From Candidatus Versatilivorator sp. (GTDB lineage: Bacteria > Acidobacteriota > Terriglobia > Versatilivoradales > Versatilivoraceae): DNA of 64,000 nucleotides. The notes under the pieces are model-generated. The model was not told the DNA's origin and made no database searches. It saw only the letters and a program-made list of their open reading frames with translations. Both the position numbers and the translations under genes were made by a program. Positions 50,018 to 59,741 of the stretch are shown here, one piece after another. The stretch lies in assembly GCA_965207735.1 (NCBI GenBank), contig OZ242296.1:928001-992000 (forward strand), in the 5' to 3' direction. Numbering within the stretch: the first letter of the stretch is position 1; every line of letters begins with the position of its first letter.

Positions 50018-51583
50018 CTATCCGCCCGACAATGCGCCGTATTCAGGCTGAACAGACACGGTGGCGCCGGATTCCCCGGCGTCCTTCCCCGTCGCTGGCT
50101 GGACGCCCATCGCCAGAGCCATGATTTTTTCCTGATCGGCCTCGTCCCGAGACATCTCTCCGGTAATGCGGCCGGCATGCATCACCAGAATGCGGTCGCA
50201 CAGTCGGAGGACCTCGGGAAGCTCGGAGGAAATCATGAGGATGGCGATTCCCTGACTGACCAGCCGAAGCATCAATCGGTAGATCTCCTCCTTGGCGCCG
50301 ACGTCGATGCCACGAGTAGGTTCGTCGAAAATCAAGATGCGGCTTTGCGTAAAGAGCCACTTGCTCAATACCACCTTCTGTTGGGTCCCGCCGCTCAGGT
50401 TGCGAACCCTTTCCTCGGTCGAGGGGGTCTTGATGGCCAGTTGCCTGATAAAGTCCTGGACGCTTTCCCTTTCCCTGACCGAGTCGACCACTCCCCACCG
50501 GATCAGCTTGCCCAACCTCGACAAGGTGGTGTTCTCCCGCACTCGCATGCCCAACACCAGCCCCTGAGACTTGCGGTCCTCGGTCAAGAGGCCGATCCCG
50601 AGGTCGATGGCCTGGCGAGGCGAAAGCGGCCGGATCTGCTTACCCTCCAGGAACATCCTCCCCCGATCGGGTGCTTCGACTCCGAACAGGATCCTGGCCA
50701 ACTCGGTCCGCCCGGCTCCTACCAGCCCGGTCAGTCCCACGATCTCGCCCCGGAAAAGCCTGAGGTCGATGTCCTCCAGTTTTCCAGCCTGCCCGATTCC
50801 CTCCACTCGGAGCACTTCGGCACCCGGATTGGCAGAGGTCCGCCGGACCGACGCCTTGAGCTCCCGGCCCACCATCAGGCGGATCACTTCCTCCCGGTCC
50901 AGGTCCGAGGTCGGCCGGGTGGCAATGGTGCGGCCGTCCCTCATCACGGTGGTTCGATCGCACACATTGAAAATCTCTTCCAGCCGGTGCGAGATATAGA
51001 TTACAGACACCCCTTGCTCCTTGAGGCGACCGATCAGGCCGAAAAGCTCCGCCAGTTCGCGTTCGGTAAGGATGGCGGAAGGCTCGTCCATTATGATGAG
51101 GCGGGAACTCACCGACAGCGCCTTGGCGATCTCCACCATCTGCTGTTGGGCCAGGCTGAGGTTCTTCACCAGCACGCGACCGCTCATTTCCTGACCGAAG
51201 CTGGCCAGCAACTCCTCCGAGCGCCGTTCCATCGCCTCGCGGTCCAGCCATCCCAGGGGTCCCTGCACCAGTTCATGTCCCAGGAAGATGTTTTCAGCCA
51301 CCGTCATCCCCTGAAGCAGGTTCAGCTCCTGGTGGATCATGGTGATTCCCAGATTCCTGGCCACGATGGGCGAGTCCACCCGATGGAAATGCCCACCCAA
51401 CCGGATCTTGCCGGCGTCGGGCTGGTAGGCGCCCGACAGAATCTTCATCAAGGTCGACTTCCCGGCGCCGTTCTCCCCCACCAGCGCATGGCATTCCCCG
51501 GCCTCCACGTCGAGGTTGGCCCTGTCAAGAGCCAGCACTCCCGGGAACTGCTTGGTGATGGCCTGCATCTCAAGCAACGGCAT
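50018..51583 (-). CDS. Sugar ABC transporter ATP-binding protein (RbsA-like)
   Basis: GENGAGKST, LSGGTQQKV and DEPTRGIDVGAK. Confidence 0.95.
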   Translation of the reverse strand: MPLLEMQAITKQFPGVLALDRANLDVEAGECHALVGENGAGKSTLMKILSGAYQPDAGKIRLGGHFHRVDSPIVARNLGITMIHQELNLLQGMTVAENIFLGHELVQGPLGWLDREAMERRSEELLASFGQEMSGRVLVKNLSLAQQQMVEIAKALSVSSRLIIMDEPSAILTERELAELFGLIGRLKEQGVSVIYISHRLEEIFNVCDRTTVMRDGRTIATRPTSDLDREEVIRLMVGRELKASVRRTSANPGAEVLRVEGIGQAGKLEDIDLRLFRGEIVGLTGLVGAGRTELARILFGVEAPDRGRMFLEGKQIRPLSPRQAIDLGIGLLTEDRKSQGLVLGMRVRENTTLSRLGKLIRWGVVDSVRERESVQDFIRQLAIKTPSTEERVRNLSGGTQQKVVLSKWLFTQSRILIFDEPTRGIDVGAKEEIYRLMLRLVSQGIAILMISSELPEVLRLCDRILVMHAGRITGEMSRDEADQEKIMALAMGVQPATGKDAGESGATVSVQPEYGALSGG

Positions 51584-51595
51584 GGGTTGCTCCCA

Positions 51596-52510
51596 CTACA
51601 CCAACTCCCAGGCCTCACGAAGGGTTCGTTTGGCGTTGGCCAGCACGATCCGGCTGCTCTCGCCGGCCATGGGCTTGACCTCAAAGCTCAGGATGCGTGG
51701 TTGATTTTCCTTGAGATATCCGATTTCAATCAGGGTTCTGATGTACTCCACCACCTCGGCCACATCGTTTTCTCCACCCGCAACGCCAAACCTCGGGTGC
51801 TGGTCGCCATAGGCCGGATGAGTGGTGTCCCGCACGACGCAATTTCCCATGTGGGCGTGGACCAGGTGATCCTTGGCTACGTGGAGTGCCTGCCGGGTGG
51901 TTTCTCTCTGCAAGGGCAGATGGCTCAAATCCAGCATGAGGCCAAAATTGTCGTGATTTTGCCGCACGCGTTCCGAAAAGCTCACCGCCTCGGCGTTGGG
52001 ACCGATGAGGGCCTTCTTGTCTATGTCGAAATCGAATGTCTCCACAACCACCTTGAGGTCACCCCTGGAGGCGGCATGGGAGCAGATTCTGTCGAAGGAA
52101 TCCACCAGCAGGTCGGTGGCCAATTGCCGCTTCTCCTCGCCCGGATGGGGTCCGCTCAGAAAGGCAACCCCACGGCAACCCATCTCCACGGCCTCATCCA
52201 CGCAGGAGAGGCAGCGGTCAATCGCGGCCTGGCGCGTTTCGACATCCAGGCTGTTGAGATCGAGCTTGTTGACCAACTCTACCGGCTGGCTCCCGTAGGT
52301 GACCACGATCTTGCTGGATTCCAACATCTCCCGCGCCGTTTTGCGAACCTCGGGATCCCGGATGGTCGTGATCTCAATGACGTCGAAGAAATCGTCGGTC
52401 AAGACCGACTCCAGGGTCTCCAGCACCGGACCCTCCCCCGTGAGCACCTCGGGGAAAGCCATGAAATGAACCAATCCGACCTGCATGTATTTTTTCCAGG
52501 AAACATCCAT
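51596..52510 (-). CDS. Sugar-phosphate isomerase/epimerase (xylose-isomerase-like TIM barrel)
   Basis: VVETFD, GLMLDLSH, HAHMGN and SFEVKP. Confidence 0.82.
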   Translation of the reverse strand: MDVSWKKYMQVGLVHFMAFPEVLTGEGPVLETLESVLTDDFFDVIEITTIRDPEVRKTAREMLESSKIVVTYGSQPVELVNKLDLNSLDVETRQAAIDRCLSCVDEAVEMGCRGVAFLSGPHPGEEKRQLATDLLVDSFDRICSHAASRGDLKVVVETFDFDIDKKALIGPNAEAVSFSERVRQNHDNFGLMLDLSHLPLQRETTRQALHVAKDHLVHAHMGNCVVRDTTHPAYGDQHPRFGVAGGENDVAEVVEYIRTLIEIGYLKENQPRILSFEVKPMAGESSRIVLANAKRTLREAWELV

Positions 52511-52984
52511 CGGGGCCTCCTAGGGCTTGAAGAAATTTCGCATGTCGCTGCTTGCCCACGACGCCATCGGCGGCGCCCCCAATCATACACAAATCGAAAC
52601 CCGTTTCAACCGGAGCCGCCGGGGAGCATTGCGTCCCGCTCCAAAGCCAAGAATCCAGGTTGCCCCCTGCGATCCTGGCCATTGCACCAAAGCCTCGACA
52701 ACACCACCCGTAGTCTTCATGGGATCTGCGAACCCTTTACGAATTCTAAGCGCGCATCTGGCGGAAAAGCAGGCCCGTATTTGGCCTGCGCCGCCTTTTC
52801 TCGACGACCGGCACAACCGCATACCTCAGAATGCGAGTGTCGAGGAACGCGATCGCCGGATGTGGTAAAACTTTCCGGCGTCGAGGAAACGGATCTGTCG
52901 TACAATAGCCGCTGATCCTCAAGGATAGGCAGGCTCTGCCGTTTCCGCCGCGAGGGGCTGCTTCTTCCGGTCCAGCACGTTGCC

Positions 52985-54382
52985 ATGAATTCAACAGCCC
53001 TTGGCTGCCTGACCGCATTGCTGATTGCGGCACTGCCAGCCGCCGGCCAGCACCGTTCCGAGGCGACCGACCCGCCCAACATTCTTCTGGTTACCATCGA
53101 TACCCTGCGGGCCGATCATCTTTCCTGTTACGGCTACCACCGCAAGACCAGTCCCAACATCGACGCTCTGGCTGCCGAGGGGGTTCGCTTCGAGCACGCC
53201 TACTGCACGATCCCTCTGACCGGTCCTTCCCACGTTTCGCTCTTCTCCAGCCGATATCCGCAAGAGCACGGGGTTCGCATCAACGGCGTCCCCATCCCCG
53301 AGGACTCCAAGTGGCTTTACCTGCCCCAAATCCTGCGCCGCTTCGGCTATTTCAACGCGGCCTTCGTCAGCGCCTGGCCGCTGGCTGCTCACTTGACCGG
53401 CTTTTCCCATTGGTTCCAGATCTACGATCAGGACATGAAGCGGAGCTATCAGTTCCTGAGCTCCAGCCGCTTTGCGGAAGATGTTACGCCTCGAGCCATT
53501 GCCTGGCTTAAGGATCAGCGGGTGGAGCCCTTCTTTCTTTGGGTGCATTACTTCGATCCGCACGCCCCCTACCATCTGAGAAAGGATTTCGCCGACCCGG
53601 CGACCAATGGGCATGCAGCCATAACCGGTCCCGAGGTCAGCGGCGCCATGAGGGATCGCATTCGCCGCTATGACTCGGAAATCAGCTATGTCGACCACCA
53701 CCTGGGTTTGCTGCTGAGGGCCCTGGACAAACTGGGGGTCAGCGACTCCACGCTGCTGGTTCTGACAGCCGACCATGGAGAGAGCCTGGGAGAGCACGAT
53801 TACGTCGGCCACGGACGCCACCTCTACGACTCCATCCTGAGAGTCCCTCTGATTGTGCGGTACCCCGGCCGGATCGAACCCGGAAAAGTCATCGACTCCC
53901 CGGTCAGCCTGCTGGATGTGACGCCCACGATTCTGGAGCTCTCGGGACTCTCCCAACGCCAGCCCCCCATTCCCGCCAACTTCGTGGGAAGAAGCCTGGC
54001 AGGAGCCATTCAAAACGGAAATTCCCTGCAGGACCATCCCGTGCGGTTCCTGACTTTTGCCGGCAAGAAAGGCTGGACCCCCTCCTGGCTCTCCTTTTCC
54101 TGGGCCTGGCTGCGTTACCCCAAGCTGCCGCTCCGCCTGGGTTGGCTGAATGGCCCGACCAAGTCCGTTTGGACCCCCCGGGAGAAATCCCTCCTCATTT
54201 TCGATCTGGCCAGCGATGTCCATGAGTTGGATCCTTTGTCGATCAGTTCCGAGAACGACCGCTTCGCTGAGGAGACGACTCCTCTGGAGCTTTGGTTCAA
54301 GGCCACGGACTTGACCGAGGCGGACATGAAACGCGCCAAGCGGGACGAAGAAATCCTGAAGAGCCTGGGGTACACGCAATAG
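52985..54382 (+). CDS. Sulfatase-like hydrolase/transferase (Thr-type TGPSH motif)
   Basis: NILLVTIDTLRADH, TGPSH, WVHYFDPH, TADHGE and LKSLGY. Confidence 0.88.
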   Translation: MNSTALGCLTALLIAALPAAGQHRSEATDPPNILLVTIDTLRADHLSCYGYHRKTSPNIDALAAEGVRFEHAYCTIPLTGPSHVSLFSSRYPQEHGVRINGVPIPEDSKWLYLPQILRRFGYFNAAFVSAWPLAAHLTGFSHWFQIYDQDMKRSYQFLSSSRFAEDVTPRAIAWLKDQRVEPFFLWVHYFDPHAPYHLRKDFADPATNGHAAITGPEVSGAMRDRIRRYDSEISYVDHHLGLLLRALDKLGVSDSTLLVLTADHGESLGEHDYVGHGRHLYDSILRVPLIVRYPGRIEPGKVIDSPVSLLDVTPTILELSGLSQRQPPIPANFVGRSLAGAIQNGNSLQDHPVRFLTFAGKKGWTPSWLSFSWAWLRYPKLPLRLGWLNGPTKSVWTPREKSLLIFDLASDVHELDPLSISSENDRFAEETTPLELWFKATDLTEADMKRAKRDEEILKSLGYTQ

Positions 54383-54449
54383 AGTTTCTCCCTGCCAAGC
54401 TGAGCCCCCGTCTCTCAGCGGGTAGCTGGCGCCTCCGGATGGATGCGGC

Positions 54450-56774
54450 ATGAGCGGCTATTGGCGTTGGGTCCTGAAGCAGTCGGTCTGGGTCCTTCTT
54501 TTGCTGGGAGCCGTCGGTGCCCTGCTGCTCCCCGCCCTCGACGACCTCGAGATCAACACCGCACCCTCCACCCTGATTCTCGCCGACTCCCCGGCCAACC
54601 TTTTCCACCAGAAAACACGCCGGATTTTCGGCAATGACGAAGTCCTGCTGATCGGTCTCACGGTCGACAACCTGCTCCAACCGGACACCCTCTCTTCCAT
54701 TCGGCAAGTCACCCGGGACATCGAGGCGATTCCCGGGGTAAGGCGGGTCCTGAGCCTCACCAATACGCTGGACATTCTGGAAAGAGACGGCGCCGTCGAA
54801 ATCTCCCTCCTGATTCCCGAATCCCCGGAACAGTTGGATCTGCAGGCATTACGGGCCCGCCTCCGCGACAACCCCCTGTTCGATAAGGAGTTGATCTCTT
54901 CAGATTTGAGGACCACCTCCCTACTGGTATTCCTGGAGGAACGATCCTCCGGGAGCGAAGACCGGATGAGTCGCCTCGTCCCCGACATCCGGACCGCCGC
55001 AGCCCCGCTCGCTCGCCTTGGACACCTCTTCTTCGGAGGAGTTCCGGAAATGGAAACTGCCGGAATGCGGAACATGATCCGGGACCTCTGGGTCTTTACT
55101 CCCATCACCGTGCTGCTGGTGATGGTGATTCTGACCTTCGACTTTCACGCCCGCCGCGGCGTCGCTCTGCCGCTGCTGGCAATTGGACTGACCCTGGTAT
55201 GCACCCTGGCGGCTATGGTGATGGGCGGATTCCCACTGAAACCCACCACTCTGGTGCTGCCCTCGCTGCTGATCGCCAACGGAAGCGCCTATACGATTCA
55301 CCTCCTCACTCATTACTACCAGTGCCTGCTTCAGGCCTATGACCGGGAATCCTCCGGGGGCCAGGGCCGACTCTCCCGGCAGCAATATCGGGAGGTTCTG
55401 GCCGAGAGCCTTCACCGCGCCCACAGACCGATTGCCACTTCAGCTTTCACCACCATGGCCGGCTTCGCCGCCCTCATATTCAATCGAATTCCGGCCATCC
55501 GCGATCTGGGGCTCTTCGCCGTCCTGGGTGTCTTCCTGAGCTATGTCTTCTGTATGCACTTGATTCCGGCAATCCTGGTCTACCTGCCCGTCCCATCCAG
55601 GCACCGCATTTCCGGGCACGAGCGCAGCCATCGACACACTTTTTTCGAGAAACTGGGCCACTTCAATCTCAAACACCGCCGTTGGATCTATTCGATCGCG
55701 GGTCTGTGCGCCGTCCTGGGATTGGCAGGCGCCTTCCAGGTAAAGGTTCGAACCGATTATCTCGGACACTTCCGGGACTCGGCGCCCGTGGTACAGGCCA
55801 CCAGAACCTTCGAGAAGCATCTTTCCGGGTTATCCGGCTTTTCCATCGTGATCGAGAGCAGGGACCAATCGCCCCTGACCGACCCGGCCACCCTGAGCGC
55901 CGTGGATCAGATCCAGCAGCGATTGCAGGATTTTCCCGGCGTGGATCGAACCCTCTCGATCGTCGACAGCATGAAACTGCTGAATCAAGCCCTTCACCAG
56001 AACCAGTCTGCCTTTTTCAGCCTTCCCGGCCAGCAGGACATCCTGGAGGAAATGCTGGAGCTGATCGAATCCGATCCGCGAGAATTGAGCCGTGATTTTC
56101 TCTCCGAGGATCACACGGCACTGCGCATTCTGGTCCGGTCTTCGCTGTTCGAATCCACACAGTTGAAAGCGCTCACCGACCAGGTCGGCAAGTTGGCCGC
56201 CCCGTTACTCCCTCCAACCGCGCAACTGCAAACCACCGGTACGCTGGTCCTGATGAACCTGACCTCGGATCAACTGGCGAGGGAACAAGTGAAGAGCCTG
56301 CTGCTTTCGGTGACCTTCATCTTCACCATCCTGATCTTCCTCTGCCGATCCTTCAAGGTGGGCCTGATGTGCATGATCCCGGCCGGCCTGCCCGTCCTGA
56401 TGTTCTTCGGCCTGCTGGGCTGGAGCGGCCTTTCGCTGAACGTGAACACCAGCGTCATTGCCGCCATCGCCATCGGAATCGGCGTCGACAACTGCATCCA
56501 GTACCTGGTCCGGTTCCAGCGCTGCCGAAAGGAAGGACTGTCCCCCCAGGCCTCCGCCCGCCAAAGTCTTACCAGAGCCGGGGGGCCCATGTCGGCGGCC
56601 GCGGCCGTGGTGGTGCTGGGATTTCTGGTCTTCGGGTTGTCCCGTTTTGCGCCCGTTTCCCAGTTCGGCTTGCTTTCGGCATTCGTCATGGGGTTCAATT
56701 TAGTGACGAACCTGTTGCTCTTGCCCTCTCTTCTGCTGGTCGTGCATAGGAGTTCTCGGGCTGCGGAGGGTTAG
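54450..56774 (+). CDS. MMPL/RND-family transporter
   Basis: Two repeats of periplasmic domain plus TMs; SAFTTMAGF and IGIGVDNCIQ. Confidence 0.88.
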   Translation: MSGYWRWVLKQSVWVLLLLGAVGALLLPALDDLEINTAPSTLILADSPANLFHQKTRRIFGNDEVLLIGLTVDNLLQPDTLSSIRQVTRDIEAIPGVRRVLSLTNTLDILERDGAVEISLLIPESPEQLDLQALRARLRDNPLFDKELISSDLRTTSLLVFLEERSSGSEDRMSRLVPDIRTAAAPLARLGHLFFGGVPEMETAGMRNMIRDLWVFTPITVLLVMVILTFDFHARRGVALPLLAIGLTLVCTLAAMVMGGFPLKPTTLVLPSLLIANGSAYTIHLLTHYYQCLLQAYDRESSGGQGRLSRQQYREVLAESLHRAHRPIATSAFTTMAGFAALIFNRIPAIRDLGLFAVLGVFLSYVFCMHLIPAILVYLPVPSRHRISGHERSHRHTFFEKLGHFNLKHRRWIYSIAGLCAVLGLAGAFQVKVRTDYLGHFRDSAPVVQATRTFEKHLSGLSGFSIVIESRDQSPLTDPATLSAVDQIQQRLQDFPGVDRTLSIVDSMKLLNQALHQNQSAFFSLPGQQDILEEMLELIESDPRELSRDFLSEDHTALRILVRSSLFESTQLKALTDQVGKLAAPLLPPTAQLQTTGTLVLMNLTSDQLAREQVKSLLLSVTFIFTILIFLCRSFKVGLMCMIPAGLPVLMFFGLLGWSGLSLNVNTSVIAAIAIGIGVDNCIQYLVRFQRCRKEGLSPQASARQSLTRAGGPMSAAAAVVVLGFLVFGLSRFAPVSQFGLLSAFVMGFNLVTNLLLLPSLLLVVHRSSRAAEG

Positions 56775-56799
56775 CTGCATTCTCCCCGAGGGAATCCCA

Positions 56800-57600
56800 A
56801 TGAAGCCTCGGCGACTGTTGATCCCCTGCATTTACCTGGCGCTGGTATCCCCGGCTCTGGCCGATGAGCGTGGGGACGAGTTGATCGCTGCCTACCTGGA
56901 CCAGGCCGCCCGCAAGAATGCGCGTGTCACCGTCCAGGTGAAGCACGTCAAGGGCAGCCAACCTCCCATCCTACTGGCCTTCACCTGGATGAGACGTGTT
57001 CAGGCAAAGCTGACCTCCCACTTCATTCGCATGGAGGCTCCCGAGTCCGAACAGGGAAAGCTCCTCCTGGTCCACGAACGACCCGACGGTTCCTCCGATT
57101 TCGTGGCCTATCGCCCCCAAAGCGCGCTCAGGAAAAAGGTTCGAATTTCCGGCGCCCGCCATTACAAGTACAAAAGCCTTCGAATCTCGGTCCAGGAGCT
57201 GATTGGCGGGGAGTTGGCCAAATACACCCACCACTTCCTGGGCAGTCGGGAAATCGGAGGGGTACACTGCCACCTGGTGGAGAACCGGCTCAAGCCCGAA
57301 TTCATCGGCAAGAGCGATTTCCTCCGTTCCATCCTGGCTTTGAGCGCGGACAGCATGACCATGGTCCAGTGGGAGCTGTACGACCGGACCAACCGATTGG
57401 CGAGAAAGATCGTGGCCACCGAAACCAAGGTCGTCGAGGGAACACCCACGGTGACCCAGGCTCAGATCAGCAATCCCCAACGAAACTCCCGGCTCCAATG
57501 GACGGTACAGTCCATCGAATTCGATCCCTCATTCGAACCCGATCTGTTTCGGAAAGAGTCCCTCCAGCGCCAAACCGCCTCGCCGACTTCCCCGAAATAG
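56800..57600 (+). CDS. Outer-membrane lipoprotein-sorting (LolA-like) protein
   Basis: Signal peptide; RMEAPESEQGKLLL, KVRISG and ELYDRTNRLAR; directly follows the MMPL gene. Confidence 0.7.
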   Translation: MKPRRLLIPCIYLALVSPALADERGDELIAAYLDQAARKNARVTVQVKHVKGSQPPILLAFTWMRRVQAKLTSHFIRMEAPESEQGKLLLVHERPDGSSDFVAYRPQSALRKKVRISGARHYKYKSLRISVQELIGGELAKYTHHFLGSREIGGVHCHLVENRLKPEFIGKSDFLRSILALSADSMTMVQWELYDRTNRLARKIVATETKVVEGTPTVTQAQISNPQRNSRLQWTVQSIEFDPSFEPDLFRKESLQRQTASPTSPK

Positions 57601-57657
57601 TTCCTTCCTCACGACCCTTGGCGGAACCCACTCGAGTCTTCTCCAACCCCTTCATGG

Positions 57658-58043
57658 CTTGTCTGAAACAACCGAAAAACGACAAGAGACAAAAGAAAAA
57701 GACTTATCCACGAAGGGGCGCGAAGAACGACGAAGGGGCACGAAGGCGCTGAGGTTAACCGCGACGGGATACAAGTTCGCGAAAGGATTGTCGATTTCTG
57801 ATTGTTTCACTCTCGAATGATCCGCCCGGCAGGGCGGGGGCGGGACTTGTCTGAAACAACCGAAAAAAGACAAAAGAAAAAAGACTTATCCACGAAGGGG
57901 CACGAAGAACAACGAAGGGACACTAAGGCGCTGAGGTTGACCGCGACGGGATACCAAGTTCACGAAGGCACTATCGATTTCCGATTGTTTCACTCTATGT
58001 ATGATCCGCACACCAGGGCGGGGGCCCGGCTTGTCGGGAACAA
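57658..58043 (+). repeat. Tandem ~186-bp direct repeat (two copies plus the start of a third)
   Basis: Units begin CTTGTCTGAAACAACCGAAAA at 57658 and 57846, and CTTGTCGGGAACAA at 58030. They share GACTTATCCACGAAGGGG, GGCGCTGAGGTT-ACCGCGACGGGATAC and GATTGTTTCACTCT. Confidence 0.9.
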
Positions 58044-58072
58044 GGGCCATGTCGTGCAGAACCGGTTTTCCA

Positions 58073-58293
58073 TTTATTGAACATGGATGCACAGGATAAA
58101 CAGGATAAACAGCACGAGAGGCTGTGCCACCGAAGCAGACCCGCTTGATGATCGGGTGGGTGTTGGAAGTAGTCCAAGAGCCCGGGAGCGGGTTTTGGGA
58201 AATCCGTGTTGGAACAGAGGCGATGGTTGAACTCAAGACGGTGGAAACTCTCGCCCAATAATCCTGTGCATCCTGTGCATCCATGTTAATAAA
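58073..58293. mobile_element. MITE-like element with ~33-40-bp terminal inverted repeats
   Basis: TTTATTGAACATGGATGCACAGGATAAACAGGAT on the left and ATCCTGTGCATCCTGTGCATCCATGTTAATAAA on the right; no coding capacity inside. Confidence 0.65.
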
Positions 58294-58657
58294 CCAACTA
58301 CCCATGCGTGCCTTTGAACCGGTTTCCCACCACCCGGCACAAGGCATTGTTTCAAACAAACATCATTGCGTCGGCTTGTGCTTCACTTGGGCTCACCGGC
58401 ATTTGCTGCCGCCGCCTACGCGGCTCGACATCCATACGCAACGATTCCCATGGGTTGACGCCCACGGCTAAGTGCTGCCGCGGCTTGGCCGCTCTCAAGG
58501 AAGAGCGAAATTTGGGGGAGGGCGCAGGAGATGTTACCCTATCGCTGTTTGGCGGGAATGCGCCGCCGGCAGGCAAAGCCCCGTGACATATCCGGGCTGC
58601 TCGGCGGCCGGTGCCGATCTTGACCGAGATGTTCGGAGGCCATCAAGGAGCGTTGCA

Positions 58658-59680
58658 GTGGCAATCCCAAAGGTCGCCATCATTGGAGCCAGCGGATACT
58701 CGGGCTCGGAGATTGTCCGATTGCTGTTAGCCCACCCCGAGGTGGAACTGACGACGCTGATGACCGCCAACCGGGAGCGAACCGGAACCCGGCTCTACAG
58801 TGACGAACTGAGACAGTTCCGCCATCGTTGCGACCTGCAGATCGAGCCCCTGGACTACGACCTTCTCCAGCAACGAGAGATCTCCCTGGTGTTTCTGGCC
58901 ACACCGAACCAGACCGCTCACGACCTGGCTCCCGAACTCCTCAAGAGGCGGCTGCGTCTGATCGATCTGAGTGGGGCGTTTCGGCTGAGAGATGCCGGAC
59001 TCTACCCTCGCTGGTACGGATTCGAACACCGGTTTGCACAGCACCTGTCGGAGGCCGTCTATGGACTTACCGAGGTGGTACGCCCGGCAATCCGGGAGGC
59101 TCGACTCGTGGCCAATCCGGGCTGCTATCCCACTTCGGCTCTACTCCCCCTGATTCCGCTGCATCAGGCCGGCATGGTGGCTCCTCAGAGCCGGATTGTC
59201 TGCGACTCCAAGTCGGGGGTGAGCGGAGCAGGAAAGACACCGTCCTCAAACACGCACTTTTCCGAAGTCACGGAAAGCTTCAAGGCCTACAACGTCTGGC
59301 GTCACCGGCATTCTCCAGAAATCTGGCAAGAGCTGGGTCACCAGCGTCTCATTTTCACGGCCCATCTGCTGCCCATCAACCGGGGCATCCTCTCGACCAT
59401 CTATATAAGGACTGCAAGCTCCGCTTCGCCCGCGGAGGTCAGCGCCTGCCTGAAGCAGGCTTATGCCCGGGAACCCCTCATCCGCCTGTACCCCGAAGGT
59501 GAGTTTCCGGAGGTGAAACACGTGGCCCACACCAATTTCTGCGATATCGGCTGGTGTCAGCAGGACCTGGATCTCATCATCGTGTCCACCATCGACAACC
59601 TGGGCAAGGGAGCAGCCGGCCAGGCGGTTCAAAACATGAATGTCATGCTGGGACTGGAGGAAACCCTGGGCCTGCTGTAA
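58658..59680 (+). CDS. argC: N-acetyl-gamma-glutamyl-phosphate reductase
   Basis: IIGASGYSG, ANPGCYPT, SGVSGAG and DNLGKGAAGQAVQNMN. Confidence 0.96.
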   Translation: MAIPKVAIIGASGYSGSEIVRLLLAHPEVELTTLMTANRERTGTRLYSDELRQFRHRCDLQIEPLDYDLLQQREISLVFLATPNQTAHDLAPELLKRRLRLIDLSGAFRLRDAGLYPRWYGFEHRFAQHLSEAVYGLTEVVRPAIREARLVANPGCYPTSALLPLIPLHQAGMVAPQSRIVCDSKSGVSGAGKTPSSNTHFSEVTESFKAYNVWRHRHSPEIWQELGHQRLIFTAHLLPINRGILSTIYIRTASSASPAEVSACLKQAYAREPLIRLYPEGEFPEVKHVAHTNFCDIGWCQQDLDLIIVSTIDNLGKGAAGQAVQNMNVMLGLEETLGLL

Positions 59681-59741
59681 CCGTCCGGTCGGCCCTGTCT
59701 CCGGGGGGTTCGGGAAGAGTTTCCAAACGGGAGGCGCTGTC

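Noticed and set aside
49481-52915. 1144-aa plus-strand ORF
   Set aside because: Antisense shadow of the ROK, ABC ATPase and epimerase genes; no recognisable motifs.
57650-58300. Possible CRISPR array
   Set aside because: Units are ~186 bp and similar along their whole length, with no unique spacers and no cas genes.
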